A stretch of DNA of 64,000 bases from Octopus sinensis (taxonomy: Eukaryota). The stretch is taken from the NCBI RefSeq assembly GCF_006345805.1, contig NW_021832383.1:1-64000 (forward strand), written 5' to 3'. This document shows, in pieces, positions 50,268 through 62,937 of this stretch. Position 1 is the first letter of the stretch. Every line of letters starts with the position of its first letter. Made by a program: the position numbers and the translations under genes. The notes beneath the pieces are model-generated. The model was not told the DNA's origin and ran no database searches. It saw only the letters and a list, made by a program, of their open reading frames with translations.

Positions 50268-50796
50268 CTAAATACAGGAAACACACAACAGATACCATTT
50301 AAAGGCGCCACTTAGAATACGGTTCAGAAAATGTGATGTAAATAGATTTATTTATATCGATACAAAAGACCACAATCTATAAAAAGATGGGAGAGTTATG
50401 AGCTGGTAGAATTATTAGCTTCAAATTTTGGTACAAGACCAGCAATGTGGGTGGGGGCGACGAAGTGGTGAGAAAGGTTTTACAAAAGTTGGGACTCACA
50501 GAAGGGACGACAGGGAACCAAGACTCCTTGTGGTTTACTGTGCTTGAAAAGACATGTCAAGCTAAGGAAAAAGCATGGTAGCCCTTGCATACAGGTTTGT
50601 CCCCTGCAGCCCTCTCCAGGTGAGCATCCCTAATCTTGTGGGCTCGTAAACACTGGTGCCACATAAAAAGCACTTGTGCCAGTGCTGTGCAAAAATACCC
50701 AAAAGCAATTAATGATGCAGTTTCAAATTTAAACGAACTTTCTGTTTTTAAATTCTCATTTCAGAAATTAACAAGGGAGCAGTTTTAATTAATTAC

Positions 50797-50946
50797 CTGG
50801 ACTAGGAAAGGTGTGGATACAGTCGAAAGATATTTCTTGAGGTAGGTTGAGATCAAGCAGCTGATGTCATCACTGACGCTGTTCTGTAATTTCTCTTGGT
50901 TGGTATGAGTGGTCTTGAGAACTCCCAAGATTGAGGAATAGGAGAC
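50797..50946 (-). CDS. TRF: TRF-like exon 4 (VSYSSILGVLK...YLKKYLSTVSTPFLVQ), end of TRFH
   Basis: Acceptor ttttttaag, donor CAG|GTAATT, 150 nt phase 0->0; ends in PFL like TRF1 PYL. Confidence 0.85.
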
Positions 50947-51930
50947 CTTAAAAAATACAGGAGTATTAGGGGATTAAAACCAAAAAAAAAAAAAGAAAAA
51001 AAAAAGACATGTGACAATGAAGTAACAACTCCTATGAATGCAAAGAATATATTTGAAACTCCTGCGAATACAATCAATAGAGTAATACTCCTGTGAATGC
51101 AGGTTCGAATCTCTGACTGGGCGATGTGTGTGTTTATGAGCGAAACACCTAAGCTACATACAGCTCCGGTAGAAGGTAATGGCAAAACTTCTGCTGACTG
51201 TTTCGCCACAACTTTCTCTCACTCTTTCCTCCTGCATATTGCAGCTCACCTGCAACAGACCGGCGTCCCGTCCAGGTGGGGAACCTATATGCCAAGGAAA
51301 CCGGGAACCGGCTCTAATGAGCCAGGCATGGCTCAAGAAGGAAGGGTTTTCTTCAGTAGAGCAATGCAACACATATCTCAGCCCTCTGTCATCTCCTTCA
51401 TAAGGTTCAGTGAGTACCCTGATACTCACAATCATCAATAAACTTCTTTTACTCTTTTACTTGTTTCAGTCATTTGACTGTGGCCATGCTGGAGCACCGC
51501 CTTTAGTCGAGCAAATCGACCCCAGGTCTTATTCTTTGTAAGCCTAGTACTTATTCTATCGGTCGATAGATATGTAAACATAATAAATACACTGATACTC
51601 CTGAAAGCACAGTAAATGTGCTACTATTTCCTTGCTATCACCGATACTCCTGTGAACACAATAAATATACCCTATACTCCCTTGCTATTACTAATACCTA
51701 TTATACAACTAGCTGTAGTTGGTTAAAAATGGGGCTTAGTGGCATTTAGTACCAAGACTGAACTTGTGTACACAACAATGGCTTCTAAAACAGCAACATA
51801 TGGATATAGCAATAAAGGTTCCATCCTTGACTAGTCACAGATTGTAGTTACTCACATGATAATTACAATTACTATGGTTACTGTCATGGAACATTGCTTG
51901 ACTATGGTTACTAAGATGGTATATTTGACC

Positions 51931-52161
51931 AGCGGCGAGCTGGCAGAAACATTAGCACACCAGGCGAAATGCTTAGCGGTATTTCATCTGCCGTTACGTT
52001 GTGAGTTCAAATTCCGCCAAGGTCGACTTTGCCTTTCATCCTTTCGGGTTCGATAAATTAAGTACCAGTTACGCACTGGGGTCGATATAATCGACTTAAT
52101 CCGTTTGTCTGTCTTTGTTTGTCCCATCTATGTTTAGCCTCCTGTGGGTAATAAAGAAGTA
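51931..52161 (+). mobile_element. Family B SINE with 13-bp TSD GGTATATTTGACC
   Basis: TSD at 51918-51930 and 52162-52174. Confidence 0.9.
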
Positions 52162-52703
52162 GGTATATTTGACCGGCGTTACTATGGTAACTGTGATGGT
52201 ACATGACTGTCATTGCTATGGTTACTATATTGCTATGGTTACCACTATAGAACATTTGATTGCCGTTACTACAATTACTATCATGATACATTTGGCTGTA
52301 TTACTTCCACAGGACACATGTCTACGTGTACCATGTCCTCAGTAAGACATTAAACTGTATCTGGAAGTGTAGCTCCAGCTTGGACGTTCAGGGTGGTAAT
52401 GCATAACAAGGGCCCCAGTTATGGAGCAGATAGCAGACAATGGTTGTGTGGTCATAGAATACAGGAGTCAGAGTACCATCATAGCAACTGTAATAATCTA
52501 TTTAACAAAACACAGTCCAAAGAAAGTATACAATCAACGCCCCCCCCCCCCATTGAATTTCATCTCTCTTTCCTTTGCCCCCAACCTATACCTCCATTCA
52601 ATTATATTTCCCCACCTTTCCATATGAAACCTAGATTTTATAGGTGAGTAGTCAAATGAAAGAAAGTAGCACCTGACATATTTGGTACGAGTTGAATATA
52701 TTT

Positions 52704-52800
52704 TTAACAACAGTTTTCTCCATACATCTGATGAGGTAGACGTGGCTTAGACCCCCCATGAAACTTTGAGTCATGTGGAGCTAAGCCAAATTGTTATTAA
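52704..52800 (+). ncRNA. Type I hammerhead with stem I bulge complementary to loop II
   Basis: CTCCA(TA)CAT-CTGATGA...GAAAC-TTTGA-GTC-ATGTGGAG; bulge CTAAGCC pairs with loop GGCTTAG; distal stem TTAACAACAGTTT/AAATTGTTATTAA; stem II degenerate. Confidence 0.7.
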
Positions 52801-52833
52801 ATAGATAAACAAACGTGTACATGTGTGTATATG

Positions 52834-52876
<43 letters not shown>

Positions 52877-53659
52877 CCTTTTATTCCTTTATATGTTTCA
52901 GTCATTTGACTGTGGCCATGCTGGAGCACTGCCTTCAGTTGAACAAATCAACTCCAGGACTTATTCTTTGTAAGCCTAGTACTTATTCTATCAGTCTTTC
53001 TTGCCAAACCATTAAGTTACAGGGATGTAAACACAGACGCACAATCATATATACACATACATATGTATATATATGTGACGAGTTTGTTCCATTTTCCATT
53101 AAGTTGAGGTCCACCTTAAGCAAGTCCATGCTATTGGCACTTTCTTTATATACACATATAGTCATTTGAATGCGGCCATGTTGGAGCACCGCCTTCGAAA
53201 AAAAAAAATATATATATATACACACACACATATATTCTGACAGACACACAAGTGTATATGCATGTATGTACATATGTATACATATACACACACACACACA
53301 CATATATGCACACACATATACGTAGGTGCATGCCAGCTTGGAAAGCAAACGTTAAACGATGATGATGATAATATATTTCATAAATACTTCAAACCCATTA
53401 TCTGAAGGATAAAGATGGTGAGGCTTCTCTTTCTTACATGATTGAGCAACCTTGAAAAGCCTGATTCCTCTAATCCAAATTCATAAACTTTACTAATTAA
53501 CGTGGACAAATTAAATAGGAACTGAGAGAAAACGCGAATAGTAACATCCGAGTTGTCGAGTCTAAATTAGATGCTAGAGTTACTTCCCTTGAATAATATA
53601 TATACATTTAATGCAACAAAGATTTTTTTCGTTGTTCATGTGTTCCTTCGCACTAAACG

Positions 53660-53712
<53 letters not shown>

Positions 53713-54334
53713 GCCCTGATGCAGTACCAGGCAGTGGCTCTCATGGCTTCTGATCTTAACTGATTGGAAGCGTTACCATGTACATTGTTTTGTCTTGGTA
53801 TAAAAGATGGGCTACAGCAAATATTCTGCTCAATACCACAGATTTGCTTGTCAGTTGTTTGACTTTAACCAGTTGAGCATGTCCCTTAGTGGCTGATGAT
53901 ATGTGCATCTCTGATCACGAGCAGAAGTAGTGGGGGAGCATCATAGCCATGTGTTGAGAGGGATTCTTTGGGGTTTGAATAATTCACCTCTGGAAACATG
54001 GGTGATTCGTTCAACATCCTTAAACAACCCTTATTCTTGGGACCTTTTGAGCAGGATGGGTTACTCGACCAGAAGAAAATTCTAACTGGGCCCCACCTAC
54101 AAGGTCATGTGCTGTTTATCTTGATATGAAATCACCATGTCGCGCACATATGGTTGTGATGCATGTGCCTGGTGTACCCTTATCAGACGGGTAGTCATGG
54201 TGGGTATACTGGGCTTCGTATATTTTACCCCAGTGTCACTTTGATGGCATGCACTGCTCTCTCACTTAATAATAATAATAATGATAATAATAATAATAAA
54301 AATAATGATGAAATTATTATATACAGTGCTCAGG

Positions 54335-54600
54335 TGCACCACAACTTCTCAGAAGTGCGTAAAAAGCATATGCAGTAATGTACAAATGTCTGGGAAGTGA
54401 ACAGTGTATGAGTCAGATACATGCTTGTGTGTGTATGGAGGGGAGAAAATCAGGTGTAGTGTTGGCGAATCTCAGGAAGTATGGAAGTTTTGAAGGATGC
54501 AGTGCTCCGACAACTAACAACTGCTGCCGGCAGTTTGTTCCATACTTCAGCAACTCTTAGCATGAAAAACTGCTGGTCTGCACAGGCGTTGGGACTAGGT
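54335..54600 (-). mobile_element. CR1-like LINE 3' end
   Basis: FFMLRVAEVWNKLPAAVVSCRSTASFK followed by a 3' UTR and an (ATT)n tail. Confidence 0.7.
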
Positions 54601-55847
54601 CTTGGGGCCCTGAAAGAATCGGTTGGAACTGAAAGAATGGTAACACCAGAGTTGTCAATGAGTCTAAATCAGATGTACTCAGAAGGGCACAGGTTCAATT
54701 CTACTACATGGTACATTAGGCATACGTCATTTTCTTTAGCATGGAGTTAGTCGACTTTGTGGATGAAACTGAGGTTCATCAGGTGCGTTGCATTAGCTCA
54801 CCTTTCGTCAAAAATACAGGTATATTATCAACAATGTTTTAACGTCCACTTTTTCATGCTTGCATGGGTCAGAGTTTCTTGAGGCAGATTTTCGATGGCT
54901 GGATGCTCTTTCTGTCACCAACCCTCACCTGTTTCCAAGTAAAGTAATATTTCCCCACAGCCAGACATCTTGCAGAATATTGGAAATGAATAACATTGCT
55001 TGCATGGAGATGCGCATTTCATAATTATCATGCAATGTTAAGACAACGTTACACACACGCACGCACACACATACAAATAGTACTTTTTCAGTTTCCATCT
55101 ACCAAATCCACCTAGAGAGCGTTGGTCGACCCAGTGTTATAACAGATGATATTTGCCCAGGGTGCCACACAGTGGGACTGAACCTGGAACTATGTAGTTG
55201 GGAGGCAAAACTCTTACCACACAGCTATGTCTGTACCTGTGTGTGTGTGTGTGTGTGTGTGTCTTGACAATGTTCATTATCATTAAGCATCTGCTTTCCA
55301 TGCTGGCATGGGTCGGACAGTTTGACTGAAACTGATAAGCCAAAGAGCTGTACCAGGTTCCACTCTGATTTGGCATGGTTTCTACGGCTGGATGCCCTTC
55401 CCAACACCAAAATTGTAATTGTAAACGAGTGTCACTGTCCCACAAGCGGTGTCGTTCACTTCTAGTAGTCTGCAGGACGTGTCTGGCCATGAGGGAAATA
55501 TTACCTTACTTGGAAACAGGTGAGGGTTGATGGCAAGAAGGGCATCCGGCCATCGTAAATCCATCTCAATAAGCTCTGTCTAACCCATGCAAGCATGGTA
55601 AAAATGGACGTTAAAACACCACAGATGTTGATTATATACCAGTAGTTTCGACAATCGACAAACGCAAGGGAAACAACTAATAAAATATAATTTTTAAACT
55701 GAATTTATGTATTTAAGTCTCAATTGATTAAAATTAATGAAATAATTATGTACTTAAAGGAAGTATGGTCAAGTTTTAGTTTGTATTCCATATTCATGAA
55801 TGAAAAAAAGTAAAATCAAAAGGTCCTTCCTGACCCCTAGGCTCATA

Positions 55848-56085
55848 AGTGGAGGCGCGTGGGTTAGTGGTTAGGGTGTTGAACTTATGATCGTATGGTT
55901 GTGGTTTCGATTCCTGGACCGGGATGTGTGTTGTGTTCTCGAGCAAAACACTTCATTTTCACATTGCTCCAGTTCACTCAGCTGGCAAAAATGAGTAATC
56001 CTGCAATGGACCGGCGTCCCATCCAGGTGGGGAATTTCTACACCACTGAAACCGGCCCTTATGAGCCTGGCATGGCTCGAGCAGG
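55848..56085 (+). mobile_element. Family D-related SINE
   Basis: tRNA-like head and TTGTGTTCTCGAGCAAAACAC box. Confidence 0.65.
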
Positions 56086-56329
56086 AACTAGGCTCATAAG
56101 GTTGGTTCCCTGGATTCTGTGGCTTGTACTGTACATACTCGTCTAAGAGTCAAATTTTTTAGACTATTTTTTAAAGTCAAATTTATGGGGTCGACTATAA
56201 CATGGATAGTACTTCTGAGGGGCTGAAATTCATGCTAGAATCTGAAGTACCATATCAGCAGCAGAAACCCAACTGATCTCCAAACGAATAAAAACAAACA
56301 CAATGAATTACTGTAATATTACCAATTCT

Positions 56330-56697
56330 GGAAGCACTCCGTCGGTTACGACGACGAGGGTTCCGGTTGATCCGAATCAACGGAACAGCCTGCTCGTGAA
56401 ATTAACGTGTAAGTGGCTGAGCACTCCACAGACACGTGTACCTTAACGTAGTTCTCGGGGATATTCAGCGTGACACAGAGAGTGACAAGGCTGGCCCTTT
56501 GAAATACAGGTACAACAGAAACAGGAAGTAAGAGTGAGAGAAAGTTGTGGTGAAAGAGTACAGCAGGGATCACCACCATCCCCTGCCGGAGCCTCGTGGA
56601 GCTTTTAGGTGTTTTCGCTCAATAAACACTCACAACGCCCGGTCTGGGAATTGAAACCGCGAGTCCGGTGCCCTAACCACTGGGCCATTGCGCCTCC
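56330..56697 (-). mobile_element. Full-length family D SINE with 12-bp TSD ATTACCAATTCT
   Basis: TSD at 56318-56329 and 56698-56709. Confidence 0.92.
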
Positions 56698-56846
56698 ATT
56701 ACCAATTCTATGCATCAAAACACATGTCCTAGTGAATAACAAAACCCATAGACAAGACCACATGGCTCTTATATTTACACTTCCACTTTTTAAAAAAAAA
56801 TTTGCAGGATGTCATCTGCTGTGGTGCTTGCTGTTGTTTGCCAATA

Positions 56847-58430
56847 GTGTTGTCTGTGAAACACGCTTCTCACCGTGTAAAAAAGATGAATGTATGACGT
56901 GTTTACTGTATTTGGAGATGAAAAAAGTATAAAGATCACATGAGAACCACTGACCTAGCGATTAGTTGAATGGTTTTAGGCTTACCAAAGTCATGCCTTT
57001 GTATGAATTCAGACAGTGGCGTTTGCCAGTGTTTGCCAAGAGTGCTGTCTGTGAAACACGTTTCTCACCGTGTAAAAAAGATGAATGTATGACGTGTTTA
57101 CTGTATTTGGAGATGAAAAAGATATAAGATCACATGAGAACCACTGACCTAGCGATTAGTTGAATGGTTTTAGGCTTACCAAGTCATGCCTTTGTATGAA
57201 TTCAGACAGTGGCGTTTGCCAGTGTTTGCCAGAGTGCTGTCTGTGAAACACGTTTCTCACCGTGTAAAAAAGATGAATGTATGACGTGTTTACTGTATTT
57301 GGAGATGAAAAAGATATAAAGATCACATGAGAACCACTGACCTAGCGATTAGTTGAATGGTTTTAGGCTTACCAAAGTCATGCCTTTGTATGAATTCAGA
57401 CAGTGGCGTTTGCCAGTGTTTGCCAAGAGTGCTGTCTGTGAAACACGTTTCTCACCGTGTAAAAAAGATGAATGTATGACGTGTTTACTGTATTTGGAGA
57501 TGAAAAAGATATAAAGATCACATGAGAACCACTGACCTAGCGATTAGTTGAATGGTTTTAGGCTTACCAAAGTCATGCCTTTGTATGAATTCAGACAGTG
57601 GCGTTTGCCAGTGTTTGCCAAGAGTGCTGTCTGTGAAAACGTTTCTCACCGTGTAAAAAAGATGAATGTATGACGTTTTACTGTATTTGGAGATGAAAAA
57701 GATATAAAGATCACATGAGAACCACTGACCTAGCGATTAGTTGAATGGTTTTAGGCTTACCAAAGTCATGCCTTGTATGAATTCAGACAGTGGCGTTTGC
57801 CAGTGTTTGCCAAGAGTGCTGTCTGTGAAACACGTTTCTCACCGTGTAAAAAAGATGAATGTATGACGTGTTTACTGTATTTGGAGATGAAAAAGATATA
57901 AAGATCACATGAGAACCACTGACCTAGCGATTAGTTGAATGGTTTTAGGCTTACCAAAGTCATGCCTTTGTATGAATTCAGACAGTGGCGTTTGCCAGTG
58001 TTTGCCAAGAGTGCTGTCTGTGAACACGTTTCTCACCGTGTAAAAAAGATGAATGTATGACGTGTTTACTGTATTTGGAGATGAAAAAGATATAAAGATC
58101 ACATGAGAACCACTGACCTAGCGATTAGTTGAATGGTTTTAGGCTTACCAAAGTCATGCCTTTGTATGAATTCAGACAGTGGCGTTTGCCAGTGTTTGCC
58201 AAGAGTGCTGTCTGTGAAACACGTTTCTCACCGTGTAAAAAAGATGAATGTATGACGTGTTTACTGTATTTGGAGATGAAAAAGATATAAAGATCACATG
58301 AGAACCACTGACCTAGCGATTAGTTGAATGGTTTTAGGCTTACCAAAGTCATGCCTTTGTATGAATTCAGACAGTGGCGTTTGCCAGTGTTTGCCAAGAG
58401 TGCTGTCTGTGAAACACGTTTCTCACCACG
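56847..58430. repeat. Tandem array of ~195-bp units, 8 full copies plus a partial one
   Basis: Unit starts at 56847, 57042, 57234, 57429, 57624, 57816, 58011, 58205, 58400; copies differ mostly by 1-nt indels. Confidence 0.95.
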
Positions 58431-58544
58431 TAAACGAGTGTATGACGCATGTGTTTATTGTGCTTGAAGAAGTATACAGGTTTGCAACACATTCTGGGCA
58501 TATCGAAGTCGATTGACATCAATGGAAATTGCAGCTGTGATACC

Positions 58545-58995
58545 AGTGCCGGTGGCACGCAAGCGAACCATCCGATCGTGGCCGTTGCCAGCACCGCCCC
58601 GAATGGCCTCCGTGCCGGTGGCACGTAAAAAGCACCATCCGAACGTGGCCGTTGCCAGTGCCGCCCCAACTGGCCTCCACGCCGGTGGCATGTAAAAAGC
58701 ACCATCTGAATCGTGGCCGATGCCAGTGCCGCCTCGACTGGCTTCCGTGCTGGTGGCACGTAAAATGCACCAATCCGATCGTGGCCGTTTGCCAGCCTCG
58801 CCTGGCACCTGTGCATGTGGCACGTAAAAAGCACCCATTACACTCACGGAGTGGTTGGTGTTAGCAAGGGCATCCAGCCGTAGAAACACTGCCAGATCAG
58901 ACTGGGCCTGGTGCAGCCTTCTGGCTTCCCAGACCCCAGTTGAACCGTCCAGCCCATGCTAGCATGGAAAGTGGACGCTAAATGATGATGATGTA
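58545..58995 (+). mobile_element. Family C SINE (five head modules)
   Basis: Sequence match to other copies. Confidence 0.85.
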
Positions 58996-59134
58996 GCAGT
59001 TGAGTACTGGGGTTGATATAATCGATTTTCCCCCTCCCCTGAAACTGCTAGCCTTGTGCCAAAATTGGAAATCAATATTTACACAAGAAATAAGAACAAT
59101 GCTAAGCTGGTGTGTGTGGTCTTTCTGAACTTAC

Positions 59135-59221
59135 CTTGTTAAGTTCGTTTTCACTTGCCAGTGTTTTGTAGAGATTCTTTGCGGCAACAAAACCAACTTC
59201 TTGGGAGCAGAGAAGAATACA
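59135..59221 (-). CDS. TRF: TRF-like exon 3 (CILLCSQEVGFVAAKNLYKTLASENELNK)
   Basis: Acceptor ttttatatcag, donor AAG|GTAAGT, 87 nt phase 0->0; aligns by eye to TRF1 [20 protein letters not shown]. Confidence 0.85.
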
Positions 59222-59557
59222 CTGATATAAAAATGGAAAGAAATATTTGTAAACATAAATAGGAACTGGAAAAATGGAGGAAGAATATTAATAATCTTTG
59301 TTATTACAAACATGTGAGTGAGAACACTTTGAGATATTTTTGGTATCTAACATATGTCAGATACTGCGAGCGCTGCTTCTGATTGGTCAATCCATGGTGA
59401 TGACCCGAGGTCATGATGACAGCGCTGCTTCTGATTGGTCAATACATGGTGATGACCCGAGGTCACGGTGACGGCACTACTTTTGTCATTCATAAGTTAC
59501 AACTAAACGTGAAGAATTTAGTTATTGGATTAATAAAATATGGTCGTTTATTCGTGT

Positions 59558-59725
59558 GTAATAAATAAAATACCAAACTCATTCCCTATGGATACCGTAT
59601 TTATTACAACTTGTGGCTTGTAAACGTATCTAACGAGCGAAAGCGAGTTAGATACGTTTACAAGCCACTCGTTGTAATAAATACGGTATCCATAGGGAAT
59701 GAGTTTGGTATTCTCTATTTATTAC
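59558..59725. repeat. Palindromic element: 66-bp arms 59569-59634/59647-59712 around GAGCGAAAGCGA
   Basis: Only a 2-nt mismatch within the arms. Confidence 0.92.
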
Positions 59726-60027
59726 TGGTATTTTCTGAGGATGTCAATATCACCATGATGGTTTTTAACCATTTGCCTGTTCTCAATCTCACATTTCATA
59801 CAAAGGACATATTTCTCTGACAATGGCACTCCTGTTATTGAAGAGGAATATCCTGCAAGGGTCCTGTGCTAGCATCATGTAAAAGCATCCATAAAAAGCA
59901 TCTATCACACCTCTGTAAAGTGGTTGGCATGTTAGGAAAGGCATCCCGACACAGAAACCAAGCCAAGTTAGACTGAAATCTGGTGCAGCTCACAAGCTTG
60001 CTAGCGCTGGTTAAATCATCCAACCCA

Positions 60028-60265
60028 AAGGCGGCGAGCTAGCAGAATCGTTAGCACGCTGGGTGAAATGCTTAGCAGTATTTCGCCTGCTGTTACGTTT
60101 TGAGTTAAAATTCCGCCGAGGTCAACTTTGCCTTTCATCCTTTCGGGGTCGATAAATTAAGTACCAGTTACGCACTGGGGTCGATGTTATCGACTTAATC
60201 CGTTTGTCTGTCCTTGTTTGTCCCCTCTATGTTTAGCCCCTTGTGAGCAATAAAGAAATAAGAAA
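60028..60265 (+). mobile_element. Family B SINE with 16-bp TSD TAAATCATCCAACCCA
   Basis: TSD at 60012-60027 and 60266-60281. Confidence 0.92.
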
Positions 60266-60526
60266 TAAATCATCCAACCCATGCAGTGTGATGGCTTATT
60301 CTGATGTGGCTTTTTATGGGTGCTTCTACATGATGCCAGCACAGGAACTTTTTATGTGGCACCAGCACAGGGCTCTTGCAGACTATTCCTCTTCAGTAAC
60401 GAGAGTGACACAGCCAGAGGAATATGTCCTTTGTATGAAATGTGAGATACAGGACAGGCAAATGAGGATGATGATGATGTTTTTTTTCAACCACTTGAGA
60501 CTTGTGATAAGAAAGTTTCATATTAG

Positions 60527-60918
60527 GTGTAGGAGTGGCTGTGTGGTAAGTAGCTTGCTTACCAACCACATGGTTCTGGGTTCAGTCCCACTGTGTGGCA
60601 CTTTGGGCAAGTGTCTTCTACTATAGCCTCGGGCCGACCAAAGCCTTGTGAGTCGATTTGGTAGACGGAAACTGAAAGAAGCCCGTCGTACATCATGATA
60701 GATCGTTAGCTCCTACACGCAATTTTTTCTCTCCTTGCTTTTTTTCTGTGTATCTTTCTGTCAAAGAGCGTAGACTCGAAGCGTAAAAGACTTGTTCTAT
60801 TTCTATTCCTGGGCGCCATGCTAATACATTTGTTTGTTTGTACTCCACCTGCCTTCGTCTTTTGTTTATTTTCGTAAACCTTCCTGTTATATATATTTGT
60901 GTGTGTGTGTGTGTGTGT

Positions 60919-60952
<34 letters not shown>

Positions 60953-61080
60953 TGTGTATGTTTGTGTGTCTGTATTTGTCCCTCCAACATCGCTTGACAA
61001 CCGATGCTGGTGTGTTTACATCTCCGTAACTCAGCAGTTCGGCAAAAGAGACTGATAGAATAAGTACTAGGCTTCCAAAG
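60527..61080 (+). mobile_element. Family A SINE with nested HHR-like repeat (about 60692-60895)
   Basis: 5' half ends AAGCCCGTCG, insert begins CATGATAGATCGTTAGC, 3' half resumes after (TG)n. Confidence 0.8.
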
Positions 61081-61562
61081 AAAATCTGCCTCAACAAATT
61101 CTATGCAAGTATGGGGAAGTGAATGTTAAAGGATGACGAATGGAATCTCCTATTTCTTGCATTACAATGTAAGTGGCAGACTATTCTACAGACATTCAAA
61201 TGCTTACCGTAATCTTCAGGCAGAACGTGCATGACGCACAGTGTGTGACAAGGCCACATTTATGAATTACAGTTATAGTCTGTTCGATAGGCTTCCACAC
61301 AGTTTCCATGTACCTAACTTCACTGACGAGACTTGGATGAAATGGATGCAATGTTATAACAGAAGACAATTTGCCAAGGTGCAGCACAGTGGGGCTGAAC
61401 CCAGGAGCTCAAGAGTACTTAGAGAATTATCTAATCCTTTGGCTCTGTCTGCACTCCATATACACACACAAACACACACACAATCACACACATATACACA
61501 CACAAACACAGAACCACGCGTGCACAAAGACACACAAACACTAACACACATTAAATACTCAC

Positions 61563-61780
61563 TTGTTTCTTGAGCTGTGAAAAAAATTCAGTTGTCTCTT
61601 CCAACAAGGATTCGGGATAAAAATCTTTAATTGCATCCATACTCCGAATGATTTCCAAGAAAGATTCTTCATTCTCTTGCTTCTGCAGTCTAAACAGTTT
61701 TGGCAACCAACAGATAAGTTCCAGTTTGTACTGCAGCTCCTTGTTCAAGCACGTCACACCGGTGAGGGAGTCGATGTAAT
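61563..61780 (-). CDS. TRF: TRF-like exon 2, TRFH domain (YIDSLTGV...KLELICWLPKLF...FLEIIRSMDAIKDFY...FFSQLKKQ)
   Basis: Acceptor tttgtttcag, donor CAA|GTGAGT, 218 nt phase 1->0, open frame; helical pattern resembles the TRFH core. Confidence 0.85.
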
Positions 61781-61929
61781 CTGAAACAAACAAAAAAAAA
61801 ACCAGGTTCACCTCAAAATCCAAAGGTGTTGCACAACGAAACCAGTGTCTCGGACTCAGACGACGGAAAACAACGTCGATCTTCGTGGAACTGAAACTGA
61901 GAACGTAGAGAAGACAGAAATAAAAACCG

Positions 61930-62430
61930 TTGCCATTTTACTATGGTATTTCGTCTGCCATTACGTTGTGAGTTCAAATTCCGCCGAGGTCGACTTTGCC
62001 TTTCATCCTTTCGGGGTCAATAAATTAAGTACCAGTTACACACTGGGGTCGATGTAATCGACTTAATACCTATGTCTGTCCTTGTTTGTCCCCTCTGTAT
62101 TTAGCCCCTTGTGAGTAGTAAAGAAATAGATAAATTAAGTACCAGTTACGCACTGGGGTCGATGTAATCGACTTAATACCTATGTCTGTACTTGTTTGTC
62201 CCCTCTGTGTTTAGCCCCTTGTGGGTAGTAAAGAAATAGGTATTTCACCTGTCGCTACGCTCTGAGTTCAAATTCCGCCAAGGTCGACTTTGCCTTTCAT
62301 CCTTTCGGGGTCGATAAATTAAGTACCAGTTACACACTGGAGTCGATGTAATCGACTTAATACCTATGTCTGTACTTGTTTGTCCCCCCTGTGTTTAGCC
62401 CCTTGTGGGTAGTAAAGAAATAGGTATTCT
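61930..62430 (+). mobile_element. Family B SINE with three reiterated 3' parts
   Basis: Sequence match to other copies. Confidence 0.85.
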
Positions 62431-62937
62431 TGTCGTTTCTACCATTTCACCAGTTAGAAGACTGGCGTCGTTTTCCTGTATTCAGAGTTGTCTCCTTTGC
62501 TTCGTAGACCAGACACTATACGTAATAAAGTTAGCTCCCAATAATCTTTTCTACTCTAGGTACAACGCCTGAAATTTTATTCATGTTTGTGTGCGTGTAT
62601 AGACGACATTTATATTTACCCATATATATCTACCCCGTCATAAGGGACAGTCCATGTCACAACACATACAAACGACCAGAAATCTGCGTTTATAATGATA
62701 ATAATAACCAAAACACGAGGACTTACGAATGTATATAACATACAGAAAATAGCACTACAAAGTACCGGGGCACATCCTACGTAAAACACTTTCAATACAG
62801 TGAAACATAAGAGCACCACAACAAACCACAGCACCTGCCCAGGGTTCACAGAGCTGCGATCGGTTGTGCAGTGAAAGCAAGTGATAAAAATAAGACTAAT
62901 ATTATTTCAAATTTTTTGTCACAGGGGCAGCTTGGGG

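Noticed and set aside
54765-54790. GAAAC-TGAG-GTT and the opposite-strand CTGATGA
   Set aside because: The two core halves are on opposite strands; it is just a hairpin
56847-58430. CRISPR-like array
   Set aside because: No unique spacers; whole units are identical; eukaryotic context
62700-62760. Strong GTAAGT donor as a TRF exon
   Set aside because: Not needed: exon 1 (phase 1) joins exon 2 directly, and the candidate peptide does not resemble TRFH
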